The translations under genes and the position numbers were made by a program. From contig CAKKNE010000004.1 in NCBI GenBank assembly GCA_918797485.1, positions 434,001 to 498,000 on the forward strand: a stretch of 64,000 bases of DNA, in the 5' to 3' direction. Position 1 is the stretch's first letter, and each line of letters begins with the position of its first letter. The DNA is from Pelagomonas calceolata. Taxonomy: Eukaryota. This document shows positions 1-10,928 of the stretch, in pieces. The notes under the pieces were generated by a model. That model was not told the DNA's origin. It ran no database searches and saw only the letters and a list, made by a program, of their open reading frames with translations.

Positions 1-75
1 GCAGGACACATACCCCCCACGCCGCCGAGGCTAGAGCCGAGGCGCCCCACCACGCGACACGGAAAGTACACGTCC

Positions 76-644
76 TTAGTCGTCGTCCGACGAGTCGCCC
101 CACGCGCTCGAGAACGGAGAAGCCGCGAGCTTCTGCGCGCCGCTCATCGGCGGCGGCAAGGGCGGCGCCGCGGGCTTCGGCGCGGGCTTCGGCGCGGGCG
201 CAGCAGGAGCAGCAGGCGCCGCGGGAGGCTTCGGCGCGCTCACCTTTGTTTTGGCCAAAGCGGCGTCAATAGCTCTCAGCTCCGCCTCCGCCTGAGCTTT
301 TTTATCGAGTTCAGCCTTCGTCACGGCCCAGGCCGCGTGGGCGTCGTCCTCCTTCTCCTTGATCTTCGTCAAATATTTGATGTACTCCCCATGGTTGCGG
401 AACGCGATGTCCTCGGACGCATCTCTCTCTTTTTGGCACTTCGCCAGATAAGCCTTGTAGGCCGCCTCATCTTTAAAATTCAGCACGACCTTCTCGGGGA
501 TGGGCGGCTCAAGCTCCGGGCAGTTCGCCCTAGTATGATTACCACCGCAATGGTAACACCCTTTCCCCTTACCGCCTTTGCCGGAGTTCCGTCGGTCGCC
601 CTTGCCGCCGCCGCCTCGTCCTTTGCCGCTGTTCCGTCGGTTCC

Positions 645-675
<31 letters not shown>

Positions 676-822
676 TCGTCCTCCGCCGCCGCCGCCGCCG
701 CCTCGTCCACTCCCTCGTCTACGGCCGCCGCTCTTCTTTTTCGAGGAGCCACCCCCTGCCGGCGCGATGCCGCCGTTGTAGCGCGGGTCCAAGGACTTGG
801 CCATGCCGTCGCCGGGCGCCAT
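76..822 (-). CDS. Gly/Arg-rich protein with CCHC zinc knuckle, probable RNA-binding protein
   Basis: ORF of 248 aa. It has poly-Gly/RGG tracts, CYHCGGNHTRANC (Cx2Cx3Hx4C knuckle-like), a coiled-coil and a Pro-rich C-terminus. Confidence 0.7.
603..702. repeat. (GCC)n microsatellite encoding poly-Gly
   Basis: Interrupted gccgccgcc runs are directly visible. Confidence 0.85.
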
Positions 823-1380
823 TTTTGCGTTTGCGCTTGCTTTGCTTTGCTTCCTGCAGCAGTGGTGACCTGCAGCAGCTACCTGTACGCGTGTTTGTTG
901 CAGCTCGCAGTCTCAAGATCGATTATGAGTAATGAATGCTGTGTGCCGCGGCAGTATGAGTGCAGCAATGTGCGTATGACCGGCCAACTCGAATGTGCTT
1001 GTCGACGACTGCATTTTCAGCTATGTGCGGGTTTGAAAGCGCACTCGTCCCATGCTTCCTCTCTCGACGGATGTTGTGAAGTGCTTACGACGCCTCCCGC
1101 CGCGCCGCGGCGATCGCGACATTTGCTCTGCACCCAGCAGCAGGGAGTGGCATTGCTCATGGTGCCCCACGCCTGCTGAGAAGTTCGCATTCGTATCATT
1201 TGAGACCGGACGCACTACTGCTGTTGCAAGCGCGCGTCAAAACGGCTGCATCCCTGCGCTATTGCTGCTGAAAAAGCAGTGCAGCCTTCAGCGCGCTGCC
1301 TGGCGCGCCGTCGACGCGAAGTTACAGCCGCCGTGCCCAGCAGTAGCTAGGCAGACACGCCATCGACGTGCAGTTGTAGC

Positions 1381-2313
1381 ATGAGTGCCGTGACATGGCT
1401 CGCGATTGCGGGAGGCGCGGTCGCCCCAGGCCTCATGGCCTTCGGGCTGTTTGTCTGGGCGGACGCGTGGACCTACTCGCCGCTCGCGCTGAACGCCTTT
1501 AAGTGTGCCTTAGGGTCGTCGCTCTTCGGGCTTGTTGTGCTCATATTTTACCGAAGGCCGATGCCGGAGCGCGTCGTGTTATGGCTGGCGTTTTCCTCGC
1601 TCTTGGGAATCGTGATCGCAGATACGCTCTGGCTCGCGGCGCTGCAGATTCTCGGCGCGCGGCGCATGATCGCCATTGATGCTTTAAAACCTTTTGTGGC
1701 GGCCTTCATGGGCTACTTTTTGTTAGGTGATGCCGTGCCGTGGCTCGGGTACCTTGGTGTTGTCGTTTGTGCGCTGGGCGTGTATTTGCTGAATGTGGAG
1801 TCTGCCGAAAAGAAGGAGGCGGACGAAGACGCCGTGGAGGCCGACGACGTCGCCGTGGAAGAGGCGACGGAGCCCCCATATCTCAGAGGCTACGCCTACG
1901 CGACGGTCAACGTGGTCCTCGACGTCTACGCCGCCACGATCACGGTCGCCGAGCGCGGGCCCCTGTCCTCTGCCGAGGTCAATTTGTTGCGGTTCGGCCT
2001 AGCTGCGGTACTACTGATCCTGGTCTGGGTTTTACGAGAGGGCCGCCGCAAGTCAGACGCGAAGCCGATGGCGCGGCGCGACTGGCTGCGCGTGGCGTTG
2101 GGTGTGGTCTTCGTCACGTTCCTGACGCCGTTGATTACGGTGTGGACGATGTTTGTCCTTCCGCTTGCCGTGGCCGTGACTCTCTGGTCGCTGACACCGT
2201 TGTGGGCGCTGCCCGTTTCCGTGTACTTCGGGCAAAAGGTGTCGTCCCGGGCGGGCGCCGGCGCCCTGCTCGCAACGGGGGGTGTCGTGATGCTCGCGGT
2301 CGCGGTGACGTGA
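1381..2313 (+). CDS. EamA/DMT superfamily transporter
   Basis: 310 aa with about 10 hydrophobic segments in two repeated halves; GIVIADTLWLAALQILGA and PFVAAFMGYFLLGD are EamA-type motifs. Confidence 0.85.
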   Translation: MSAVTWLAIAGGAVAPGLMAFGLFVWADAWTYSPLALNAFKCALGSSLFGLVVLIFYRRPMPERVVLWLAFSSLLGIVIADTLWLAALQILGARRMIAIDALKPFVAAFMGYFLLGDAVPWLGYLGVVVCALGVYLLNVESAEKKEADEDAVEADDVAVEEATEPPYLRGYAYATVNVVLDVYAATITVAERGPLSSAEVNLLRFGLAAVLLILVWVLREGRRKSDAKPMARRDWLRVALGVVFVTFLTPLITVWTMFVLPLAVAVTLWSLTPLWALPVSVYFGQKVSSRAGAGALLATGGVVMLAVAVT

Positions 2314-2858
2314 GGGCGCGGCGTCGATGGCGTGGATGATTCGGCACGGCCGTGTACTTTTGATTTCCGCACGTGGTATTTTGTGTTGTATAAATTTGGG
2401 GTATTTGTATTGTCCCGGAGGCCGCCGCCGGTCGCGCGCGGTCGCTACCGGCGCAGTACCGGTCCCGGACCGGTCCGACGCGTCGGGAAAGCCCCAGAGC
2501 GACGCGCGCGCGTCTCGCTTGATTCTTTTTTTCCATACCCTACTCCGCACTTACCTGTACTTCAGCAGGCCCGGCTAAAAAGGCAATTAAAACGCGGCCG
2601 TGAAACTGATCCCACGCGTAAATAGCGAAGTGGAGGAAGCTCACAGACCTTCGAGGACGCCGCCTGAGTCGTTAAACGAGCGACGACGGCGGCGCTGGGC
2701 TGATTGGGCTCAGGAACAACAGGAATTGCTCATTAGCTAAACGGCGGCGCGGAGACCGCCGGGCGCCACACGGGCCGCGCAGAAACACGGCGCGACGATA
2801 ACAGGCCTTGCGAGATTAACAGGTAATTCCACTCGCAAGTGCTGCCGTACCGTTAACG

Positions 2859-3479
2859 ATGCGGTCGAACCAACTCGCGCTCCTCCTCATAACGGCGGCC
2901 GCGGAGCACCATTGCCCCGCGCGCACGCCGGGCGACGACGTCGCTAATGTTCATATCAACGGCGCGGCCGTGGGCTGCTACACGGGCCCGTGCGAAAGAT
3001 GTTTAGTTGGCGCCGAGTGCGCCACAGCGCCAAACCTCACGATGACCTACTCGAGCGTCACGGCCGCGGCGGGCGGCGCCTTCAGCCCCTGGAAGATGAT
3101 GATCGAAGTCACGGCCGACGAGATGCACGACCACCTCGGCCTCGCCACGATGATCGCTCCGTTCGTCGGCCGTGTCCATTAACAACTTGTAGCATGGGGC
3201 GCTGATCTTGATTTCCACAGGTCGCCGGACTGGTTCACGGGCGCTTCCTCGCTCGAGCTCTGCGACTACGAGACGGGCATGTGGAAGGAGGAGGTCACCC
3301 ACATGGCCATGGCCTACGACGCGGGCACCGACGCTGGCATGACGTTCACCGCGGACGACATGCCCGAGGACTCGGCCAAGCCCATCTCAATGATCATGTG
3401 CGGCGATGCCGACGCCTTCTGCGACTCCGGCGACATGATGCCCGTCGCGACCATCACGGTCACGAAGATGATGATGTAG
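2859..3479 (+). CDS. Secreted Met-rich protein with the C-terminal half of a Spondin_N domain (exons 2859-3160, 3221-3479)
   Basis: Removing the GT-AG intron 3161-3220 gives LATMIAPSPDWFTG...LC...W...AYDAGTDAGMTF, the Spondin_N signature. The N-terminus is signal-peptide-like. Confidence 0.7.
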
Positions 3480-3562
3480 GCACCCCCCCCCATCCCTGCC
3501 TAAGCTAGACGCCGTCGACGCGCGTGTACAAAAGGGAGCACATGCTTAGGAGGGACCCCCGC

Positions 3563-4976
3563 CTACTCCGTCGCCCCGGGCACCAAGCAACTTTCGATCT
3601 TCTCCGTGAGGAACTTGCGGTCGAGGTTCCGCCCGATGAACACGATCTTGCTGACACGTCTCTCACCTTTCTGCCACTGCGTCTGGGCCGGCCCGAAGTC
3701 GATCTGCTCGTGCACGCCCTGAAAGACGAATTTTTGGTCGCCCTGTCCCGCGAAAGACAACACGCCCTTCGACCGATACAAATCGGCAGCTCTCGTTTGT
3801 AAGAGTTCAGCCATGAAGATGTTGAACTTCGGGACGTCCAGGAACCCCTCCACACTGATACCACAGGAGGACACCATCGACAGGTCGTGCACCTTTCCAC
3901 TCGTGGGTTCTTCTGACCCTTCCGTCTTCTTGAAGAGCACGGGATCGAGATCAATGCACTTCTCGATGTCAAACGAATTGATCCCAATAATCTTCTTCAG
4001 GTCGACTCGGGACCTCTCGCACTCGATCACTTCAGCAAAATGATTGATCTTCCGGATGTCCTTCCTTATGGCTGTGAGCTCGTCCGGCGTCACCAGGTCC
4101 ACTTTATTGAGCAAGATCTTATCACTGAAAGCTACTTGTTGCACGGCCTCGTTGACGGCGCCTGCGTTTTTCGCGTCGTGAGATTCGCTCCACGATGGGT
4201 CGCGGCGACGGCGTGGGGGCGGTGGCAGCGCTAGCTCGGCGCGAGCCACCAGCAGCGACGCGAGTGAGTTGCGTGTGTGTGTGTGTCTCGGCGACGGCGT
4301 CGACGGGCGCGCCGGGGAGACTCGCACTCCCACCCCCACGCCATCGCCGCGACGCCACCGCCGCGCGACCAAGCAAGGACGCCGCAGCACGCACCGTCCG
4401 GCTTCTGCTCCTCGAGGTGCGCCTTGACGTGCTTCGCGCTCGCGAGGCAGACGACCTGCGTGGAAGCTCAAACTCGGCCACGACCGCCGAGCGACGCCCG
4501 CGACCGTACCCAGAGAGCAGCAGACCGCGACCCACCCCGAATTGAAGTAAACCTTGAAGTTCGGCACTGGCAAAAACCGCGTCGATCGCAAAATTATCAT
4601 CAATCCATTGATTACTTTTCAATGTTGCGATGATCGGCGCCGGGTCGGCCAGACCCGTCGTCTCGAGCATCACCGCATCAAATTGTTGTCTTTTCTCTAC
4701 TAATCCTCCTAATGTGCGTACTAAGTCACCTCTTATCGAACAGCAAGCACAGCCGTTGTCCATCTGGATCAGGTCCTCCTTCGACGCCATATTGGCCGAC
4801 ACGAGCTTCTCGTCGATATTGATCTCGCCGAACTCATTTTCTATAACACAAATGCGCTTGTCCCGCTGCTCCGTCAGTATGTAGTTTATGAGGGTCGTCT
4901 TGCCGGCCCCTAAGAATCCGGTGATGATCGTGAAGGGCGTCTTGGCTTCGTCCTTTGTTGATGATTGCTCGGCCAT
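3563..4976 (-). CDS. cobW: COG0523/CobW (ZNG1-like) G3E metal-chaperone GTPase; exons 4976-4578, 4455-4395, 4161-3563
   Basis: Walker A GFLGAGKT, ENEFG, GCACC metal motif, ETTGLADP, LNKVD and CobW_C (LYRSKG...FQGVH...VFIGRNLD). Two GT-AG introns (4456-4577, 4162-4394) restore the frame. Confidence 0.92.
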
Positions 4977-6011
4977 GGCTGCGGCGTGGCGCGCGCGCGC
5001 GTGGCGGTCGCTCTTAGAGCTCTTGGAGAGTGTCTCAATAGAGATCACCCACCGGGTGGCGCTGGCCTTATCGCTGCGGCCGGCGCTATGAAAGGACAGC
5101 CGGAAGCCTCCGAGTAGGAGCCGTGAATCGCTCTCTGGGTCGCCCTCGAGCGCGTGATGTCGAATTAGCTAGCGGCCTATAAGACACACTAGCAATCAGC
5201 CGGCATCCAGGCCGATGCCAGCCGACGGGAGAGGGTGCCCGACGCATCTCATCATTAGGTAGCGACCTTTTTGGCTTGTTGGAGCCAGATGCTCATTGTT
5301 GTGTGTGACGCTGCGGCACGGCCCGAATCCGTCCTGTGGGGCCACGACGGCGTCGATCACGACGTGTAGCGACGCCTCCCTGATTTTCCGCGGCCGACGA
5401 GGATGCGTGCTCGTGTCCTCATCAGCAGCCTCGATCAATTGTGCATCAAGGAAGAGTAGGAGCCGGAGTCTTCGTCAAAAAATCAGCGTGAGGGACGCCT
5501 TCATGCACGAGATGCCGCCGCTGCAAGCTCGCTGCAAATGCTGCATCAGCGGATGAGCTGCTTATCTTGGATCCGCCCTCCGCCATCTTTCGTTCGGCGC
5601 CGGACGGCCAAGAAAAGGGCCAAACGCGCCGTAAGCGTTCGCGGTGGCATCGCTGAGGCCAGAACGCAGCATCGCGCTAGCATCTGGTGCAAAAAAAAGC
5701 GATAGCTGCGAACGCGGCGGCGGTCGGACGCGAGTTCGAACGTCACCAGTCCCAGCTTATCGCAGCGCTGCTGCCGCGAGCGGCCTATGCATACCTAGCA
5801 CTGCTCGGTATCATAGCGCAACGCGCATCAACTGCGAGTGCTGGCCGGAGGCTGGAGCCGCGGCCGCCGCGAATACCGCGGCGCTCGCCGAGAGGCCGCT
5901 GCGAGGCGGACGCGCTGCGGCCTCGCCGTGCCCCCGCGAGAGCCGCTGCGAGGCGGAGACGCGACCGTCGCTCCGCGCGCCGTGCGCGACATAATGTCCC
6001 CGCAGGTTAAA

Positions 6012-7083
6012 ATGAAGCTCGTCGTCGCGCTCGCGCTCGCCCCCGTGGCGTCGGCCCTCGTCGCGCCGTCGACGCCGGCCGCGTCCAAGACGGTCCTCGC
6101 CGACGCCAAGTCGGACCTCGTCGACCTCCAGAACTCGATCCCGGGCCCGCCCGGCTTCTACGACCCGCTCGGCCTCTCGGACATGTCCTTCGCTTTGGGC
6201 ATGCAGGGCAACGCCGACGGCGGCGTCGGCCAGGAGGCCACGATCGGCTGGCTCCGCCACTCCGAGATCAAGCACGGCCGCATCGCCATGGCCGCGTTCC
6301 TCGGCTTCATCGCGCAGTGCACGCCCCTCGTTTCCGGCGAGCACAAGTTCCTCCCGTACCGCGGCTACGTCGCGGGCTGCACGCCGCAGGAGCAGTGGGA
6401 CAACATCCCCCTCTACGGCAAGCTCCAGATCTTCGTGCTCGTCGGCATGCTCGAGTCGTACGGCGAGGGCGCGTCGCAGCCGGACGGCTACGTTCCTTAC
6501 CGTGTGGAAATCACACCCGACAATTCTTCACCAAGTCATGGCTCGGCGACGACGCGGCCGTCGTGGCTCGGTGCGCGGTGAGGAACCGGTACCGCCACGC
6601 CGTCGAGCAGGCGTCGCGTCGATGGCGTGGAGGCCATAATCCGAGACGCGCCGCGAGAATTTGATTACGCACAGGTCCACTACATGCGCGGCGGCAAGCC
6701 GGGCTTCTACCCCGAGATCAAGGGCAAGGGCGGCCCGGGCGGCCACTTCCTCCTCAACCTCTGGGACCCCTTTGGGTTCACCACCAAGCGCACCGCCGAG
6801 CAGAAGGAGCGTGGCCTCAAGTGCGAGATCCTCAACGGCCGCGCGGCGATGCTCGGCATCATGGGCATGCTCTCGGCCTCCACCGTGCGATCTCGGCGTC
6901 CCGCGGTCGTGGCTGGTTTCTTTTCGATTTTGAGGCCGTTCGGACCGAGTCGCGAGACCGCGATGCTCCGCGCAGGTGCCGGGCTCGGTCCCCTTCCTGT
7001 CGGGCATCGAGGGCTTCCCGCAGTACGCGGGCAACGTGATGGTCCCCTTCTCGAACGACTTCACGCTCACGTCGATGGCCTAG
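6012..7083 (+). CDS. LHC: Fucoxanthin-chlorophyll a/c light-harvesting protein (exons 6012-6491, 6675-6884, 6976-7083)
   Basis: Signal peptide with ASA-L cleavage, GFYDPLGL, EIKHGRIAMAAF, HYMRGGKPG, WDPFGF and EILNGRAAMLG. Two GT-AG introns restore the frame. Confidence 0.95.
6492..6674 (+). mobile_element. Introner-like intron (LHC intron 1)
   Basis: Starts GTTCCTTAC-CGTGTGGAAATC and ends GATTACGCACAG; the next exon starts GTCCACTAC. This is a degenerate TSD with imperfect TIRs, and there is an internal hairpin at 6595-6630. Confidence 0.6.
6885..6975 (+). mobile_element. Repeated intron (introner family shared with the RCC1 intron)
   Basis: The 3' end GAGTCGCGAGACCGCGATGCTCCGCGCAG and 5' end GTGCGATCTCGGCGTCCCG nearly match those of intron 35566-35671. 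Confidence 0.75.
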
Positions 7084-7407
7084 AGCGGTTGTCGACTCGG
7101 TCTCGGGAGGTTTCGCACATTGGCGATCTGGTGCGGCCCCGGGTCCATTGCTAGGTTTGAAGTAAGCTTTGACGTGTACTTAAGGCCGTCGGCCGCGCCC
7201 ATCGGGGGCGGCGGACTGGGCATGAGTAATGGGAGCATCCTTCTTTGATCCGTGCGGTATTTTTTGTTTTTTTAGACACTGGCAAGTATAATCAGGGGGA
7301 GGGTCGCGTCCTGGCTCCTAGCGGCGGCGCGGCACAGGAAAGTGAGGGGGAGAAGGGGATGTACATCAGCGGCTCCGAGGTGCACGGCCTCGTCGACGTC
7401 GGCAGGC

Positions 7408-7794
7408 TCAAGCCTCGTCCAGGGCGGCCCCGTTGTCCTCCGAGAGCTTGCGGGCCGACCCGAACTTGAGCTTGCGCGTCATCGGTGTCCCGGCCTTCTG
7501 CGCGGCGAGGTCGGCCTCGCGCTTCGCCTGGGCCTCCTGGGCGCGTCGGCGCGCCTCGCACGTCGGCGAGGGCGTCGGCGAGGTCGTCGGCGAGGGCGTC
7601 GGCTCATCCGTTTTCATGCTCCCAAATTCTAGGGCGCGACCGGCCGGTCTGGAAGCCTGGCCGTCCGCGGCGCCGCGTAGCTTCGGCGTCATGTCAAACG
7701 TGTCACCGACGGCCTCGGTGCTGCCGCGTGGGGTTGACGGCGCGCCGCAGGCCATCGCCATGGCGAGGGCCAGCACTAAGTGCTTGAGGGTCAT
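7408..7794 (-). CDS. Small secreted protein with PTxSPT repeats
   Basis: Hydrophobic N-terminus and EPTPSPTTSPTPSPT, typical of stramenopile secreted proteins. Confidence 0.55.
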   Translation of the reverse strand: MTLKHLVLALAMAMACGAPSTPRGSTEAVGDTFDMTPKLRGAADGQASRPAGRALEFGSMKTDEPTPSPTTSPTPSPTCEARRRAQEAQAKREADLAAQKAGTPMTRKLKFGSARKLSEDNGAALDEA

Positions 7795-8228
7795 GTTCGA
7801 CTACCGCACGTGGCCTGCGAGGCGGACGCAGATGTTGTGTTAGGGGCCGGGCGCGGTCTCCCAGTTTTACCGGAGCCTCTCACGGACCGGCGCTGTGGTT
7901 TTGAGACGGGCCGGGGTAGTCTCGACGCCGCCCGGGTCTCAAACTTCAGCTGAAGACCAATTTGCATAAACCAAATATTCGACGACGCAGGAGTCAACGG
8001 GCGCCGAATTCGCATCTAGGGCCGCAGCCGTACCCATGAGGGTCACGGAGATGACGAGCGAAATCATTTTGCGGTGGTTTGGTGGTGATGATAAGCGCCG
8101 CTTTGGCAAGCCTGTTTTGGCCATAGCAATACGCATTAACCTTAGTTCGAGCCGTCCCTATCTTTTTGTATGGCGTCGGACGCTCTGGTGGACGCCTGGG
8201 CCCCGTATGAATCGTTTTCGCCTGCTTG

Positions 8229-8250
8229 CTAGTGTCTTACAAGACGCTAG
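8229..8250. promoter_or_regulatory. Representative copy of the dispersed upstream element CTAGTGTCTTACA-N3-CGCTAG
   Basis: CTAGTGTCTTACAAGACGCTAG; about 16 related copies, all upstream of genes (see findings). Confidence 0.65.
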
Positions 8251-8524
8251 CCTGGGCTTTGCGGGCCAAAAGGCCGGCGCGCACCGGGCGCGGCTGCAAA
8301 GGGGAACCGCGGGCGCGTCAAAAAAAGCTCTCAGAACATCGCTGCGCCGAGACGCGCGTCAACACATCGATCGCGCGTCGTGCCGCAACAAGTTGGGCAA
8401 GCTCTCAGCACTGCCTGGACGGCGACGCCGCACGCGGGACGCGCTAGCGCACGCCACCGCTTTGCAAACTCTCAGCACTGCTGGACGGCGCGCGCGCAAG
8501 CGAACGCATCGCTCGCCAAAAAGA

Positions 8525-10396
8525 ATGGCGCACCCCCTCGCGCTCGACGCCGCCACGACGCTAAGACTCCCACAAGCTCTGGAAGAGGCCGAGACGCATT
8601 ATCTGCGAGCGCTGAAGGCGGCACTAGCAAGAGACGACGCCGTGCAGGTCGTGGCAGCCCCCCCAAACGCGGACGCGGGCGCCGTCGGCGCGCTCTTCCA
8701 CGCCTTGAAAAGACCCCTCGTCTATGCGACTGACGGCACGGCCAGTTGTGAACGCGCGGCGGGCGCCATGCGTTCTTCCGGTTGTGGTGTCACCATACTA
8801 ACGAGTAGGAGGCGCGCCTGCACGAATGAAGACATACAAACGTCAGCCCAGAGCGACTTTGAGGTCCTGAGGCGGGCCGCGGGGCGGAAAAGTGAAGACG
8901 TGCCTGTCAAGAGGCGCAAATTAGATGCATGCGCCTACGCCCAATCTCGTAAAGATGCCGATGCATCGGACGTGATTGTACTGGATGCGCGGCTCATCCT
9001 CGATCCCCGGTCTTCACTAGCTCTACCAGATAAAGCTGTGGTGTTGTTCGACGATGCGGTGGATGTGGAAGGTTTAGCGAGATCGTTAGCTTCTGTCAGA
9101 GTCGACGACGCACTCCTAGAAAGAGCGGACCGCGAGTGCGCGCGCCTCGACAGAAAGGCTTCGAAGTCGGAGACGGAGTGCAACCGCGACTACGTGAAAG
9201 TCTCGCAGAGCAAGACGACGCCGCCCTCATCAATATGTGGCGTCTGCGGGTTGGCGTCGTCGGTAGATGCCGATGCTGATACGACGCGGGTCCCGGGCGA
9301 CTGCCGGCGGGCGCACCACTTTCTTAGAAGAGTGAGAACCTTCATCAAACATCTGAAACAGGCCGCAAAGACGTGCAGCGCCAAGGCATTCTTGTTAGAA
9401 ATAGCCGAGTCGACGTCCGGCGAGACGCTGGCAGCTTTTCCTCGCAGATTAGCCTCTCTCAGGAACGCCCTCAAATGCCAGGGAGCGGGTCCGAAGGCCC
9501 AGGCGTTGGACGAGGTCTGCGCCTTCGCTCGGCTCGTGACGCGCGTACCGGCGTTAGTTGTCGAGGGCAAACGTCTCGAGTGCCTGGACGCGCGACGAGC
9601 CTTGGACGAACTGCGGTTTTCCCAGCCGTTGATTGTCGCGGCGACCTGTGCTGCGGAGGTTGTAGCGAAATTGTTGAGATGCGAGCCGCCGGAGCCGGCT
9701 CTAGCGACGGCTCGGTCAGCATTACCAGTGGTAGTAGCAAGAGGCGCGGACCAGCTCTCGCTCACGACGGGCCAGGGCGCGCTGCGGAACGACCCGACGC
9801 AGGCGCGGAACTACGGCACGTTAGTCGCCGACGTGGCTGACAGTGTGCCAGATAATGTGGTCTGCGTTTTTCCGACGAGCGAGGACATGGAGAGCGCGCT
9901 CGTCACGTGGGACTCTACAGGAGCGATGAGAAAAATACTGCAGAAGAAGCTCGTCACTTGTGCTGTTGGCGATGAATCTGAGACGTCGAAAGCCTTGGAG
10001 GTCTTTTGTCGATGCGCCGATCGAGGTCGGGGTTGCGTGTTTTTTTGTGCCGCGTCTTCGGCGGCGTTGAGCTGTGCGATAGGATGTGCTAGAACCGTGA
10101 TCTTCGCGGGCGTGCCCCTGGAGCCCATGAGCGAAGCGGTCCGCGCTAGGTTGGATCGCGCGCTCTGTGATTTACAACTGCGCGAGTCCGACCACTTGGC
10201 CGCGCGAGCGGCTCTGATGACGCGGGGGGCTCTCTCAAGGGCGGAAGCTGTTGTACTGGCGGACCAGCGCTTCGCGCGCGCGGCCCATCGAAACCATCTG
10301 CCAAAGCACGCGCGCGACGCGGCTTTAAGAGATGGGGGCTCGGCGGACGCGGCCGTGTCGGCGCTGCGGGCGCGGTTCCGGGGCAGTACGGGCTAA
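8525..10396 (+). CDS. Divergent XPD/Rad3 (ERCC2)-like protein with degenerate helicase motifs
   Basis: XPD C-terminal signatures: VARGADQL, RNYG..VPDNVVCVFP, ETSKALE..DRGRGCVFF, RTVIFAGVP and ADQRFARA. Walker A and DEAH are degenerate. Confidence 0.7.
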   Translation: MAHPLALDAATTLRLPQALEEAETHYLRALKAALARDDAVQVVAAPPNADAGAVGALFHALKRPLVYATDGTASCERAAGAMRSSGCGVTILTSRRRACTNEDIQTSAQSDFEVLRRAAGRKSEDVPVKRRKLDACAYAQSRKDADASDVIVLDARLILDPRSSLALPDKAVVLFDDAVDVEGLARSLASVRVDDALLERADRECARLDRKASKSETECNRDYVKVSQSKTTPPSSICGVCGLASSVDADADTTRVPGDCRRAHHFLRRVRTFIKHLKQAAKTCSAKAFLLEIAESTSGETLAAFPRRLASLRNALKCQGAGPKAQALDEVCAFARLVTRVPALVVEGKRLECLDARRALDELRFSQPLIVAATCAAEVVAKLLRCEPPEPALATARSALPVVVARGADQLSLTTGQGALRNDPTQARNYGTLVADVADSVPDNVVCVFPTSEDMESALVTWDSTGAMRKILQKKLVTCAVGDESETSKALEVFCRCADRGRGCVFFCAASSAALSCAIGCARTVIFAGVPLEPMSEAVRARLDRALCDLQLRESDHLAARAALMTRGALSRAEAVVLADQRFARAAHRNHLPKHARDAALRDGGSADAAVSALRARFRGSTG

Positions 10397-10417
10397 CTTT
10401 TAGGAACTTTAGGGTTT

Positions 10418-10928
10418 CTACGATGGCGTTTCGCGGCGTTCGGCGAGGATGGCCCGTGCAGCTTCGGTTTTCCACGTGTCGCTTGTAGTTCGCGGACAAT
10501 CTCCGAAGACCCGCCTCCGCACGCGCAAGACGTTTTCCATGGTCTCCACGGCGTTGGTCAGATCTTGCAGACTCGAGTAGGGGTCCATGTAAATTGCCAT
10601 CGCGTAGTTCGAGCGCAATCTAAGTGTAATGTCATGATCAGACCCGAGTAGGCGGGTTGACTCGCCGATGCGCTTTGATGAGAATGTGCGTGCCTCCGAA
10701 TATCGTTCTGTGTCACACAAGATCATTGATATGTTTAAAGCGGTGGTCAAAGTTCCCTCCGTGAAGCCCTTTCGTGCCGTTTCGAAAGCGTAGATTTCAC
10801 GATGGAGTCTGAGGGCTTCCTCATGCCGCCCGAGGTCGTTGTAACATGATGCGAGATTGTCCCTTTGAACAACGTTTTCACGATGTGGCCACGCGCGTTC
10901 CGCCGCGGCCAGGCCTGCTTCATAAATC
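10418..10928 (-). pseudogene. 5'-truncated fragment of a kinesin-light-chain-like TPR protein
   Basis: NLASCYNDLGRHEEAL, LLGSDHDITLRLRSNYA and RRRVFG..PRT; similar to 52374-53150. No credible N-terminus of its own. Confidence 0.55.

Noticed and set aside
5196..5746. Gene or transposase fragment between cobW and LHC
   Set aside because: Only short ORFs with no recognisable motif.
8036..8524. N-terminal extensions given by the ORF track (also 11941, 15821, 36659, 55834, 59094, 62263)
   Set aside because: Low-complexity upstream sequence, in some cases containing the CTAG element; downstream ATGs fit the domain starts better.
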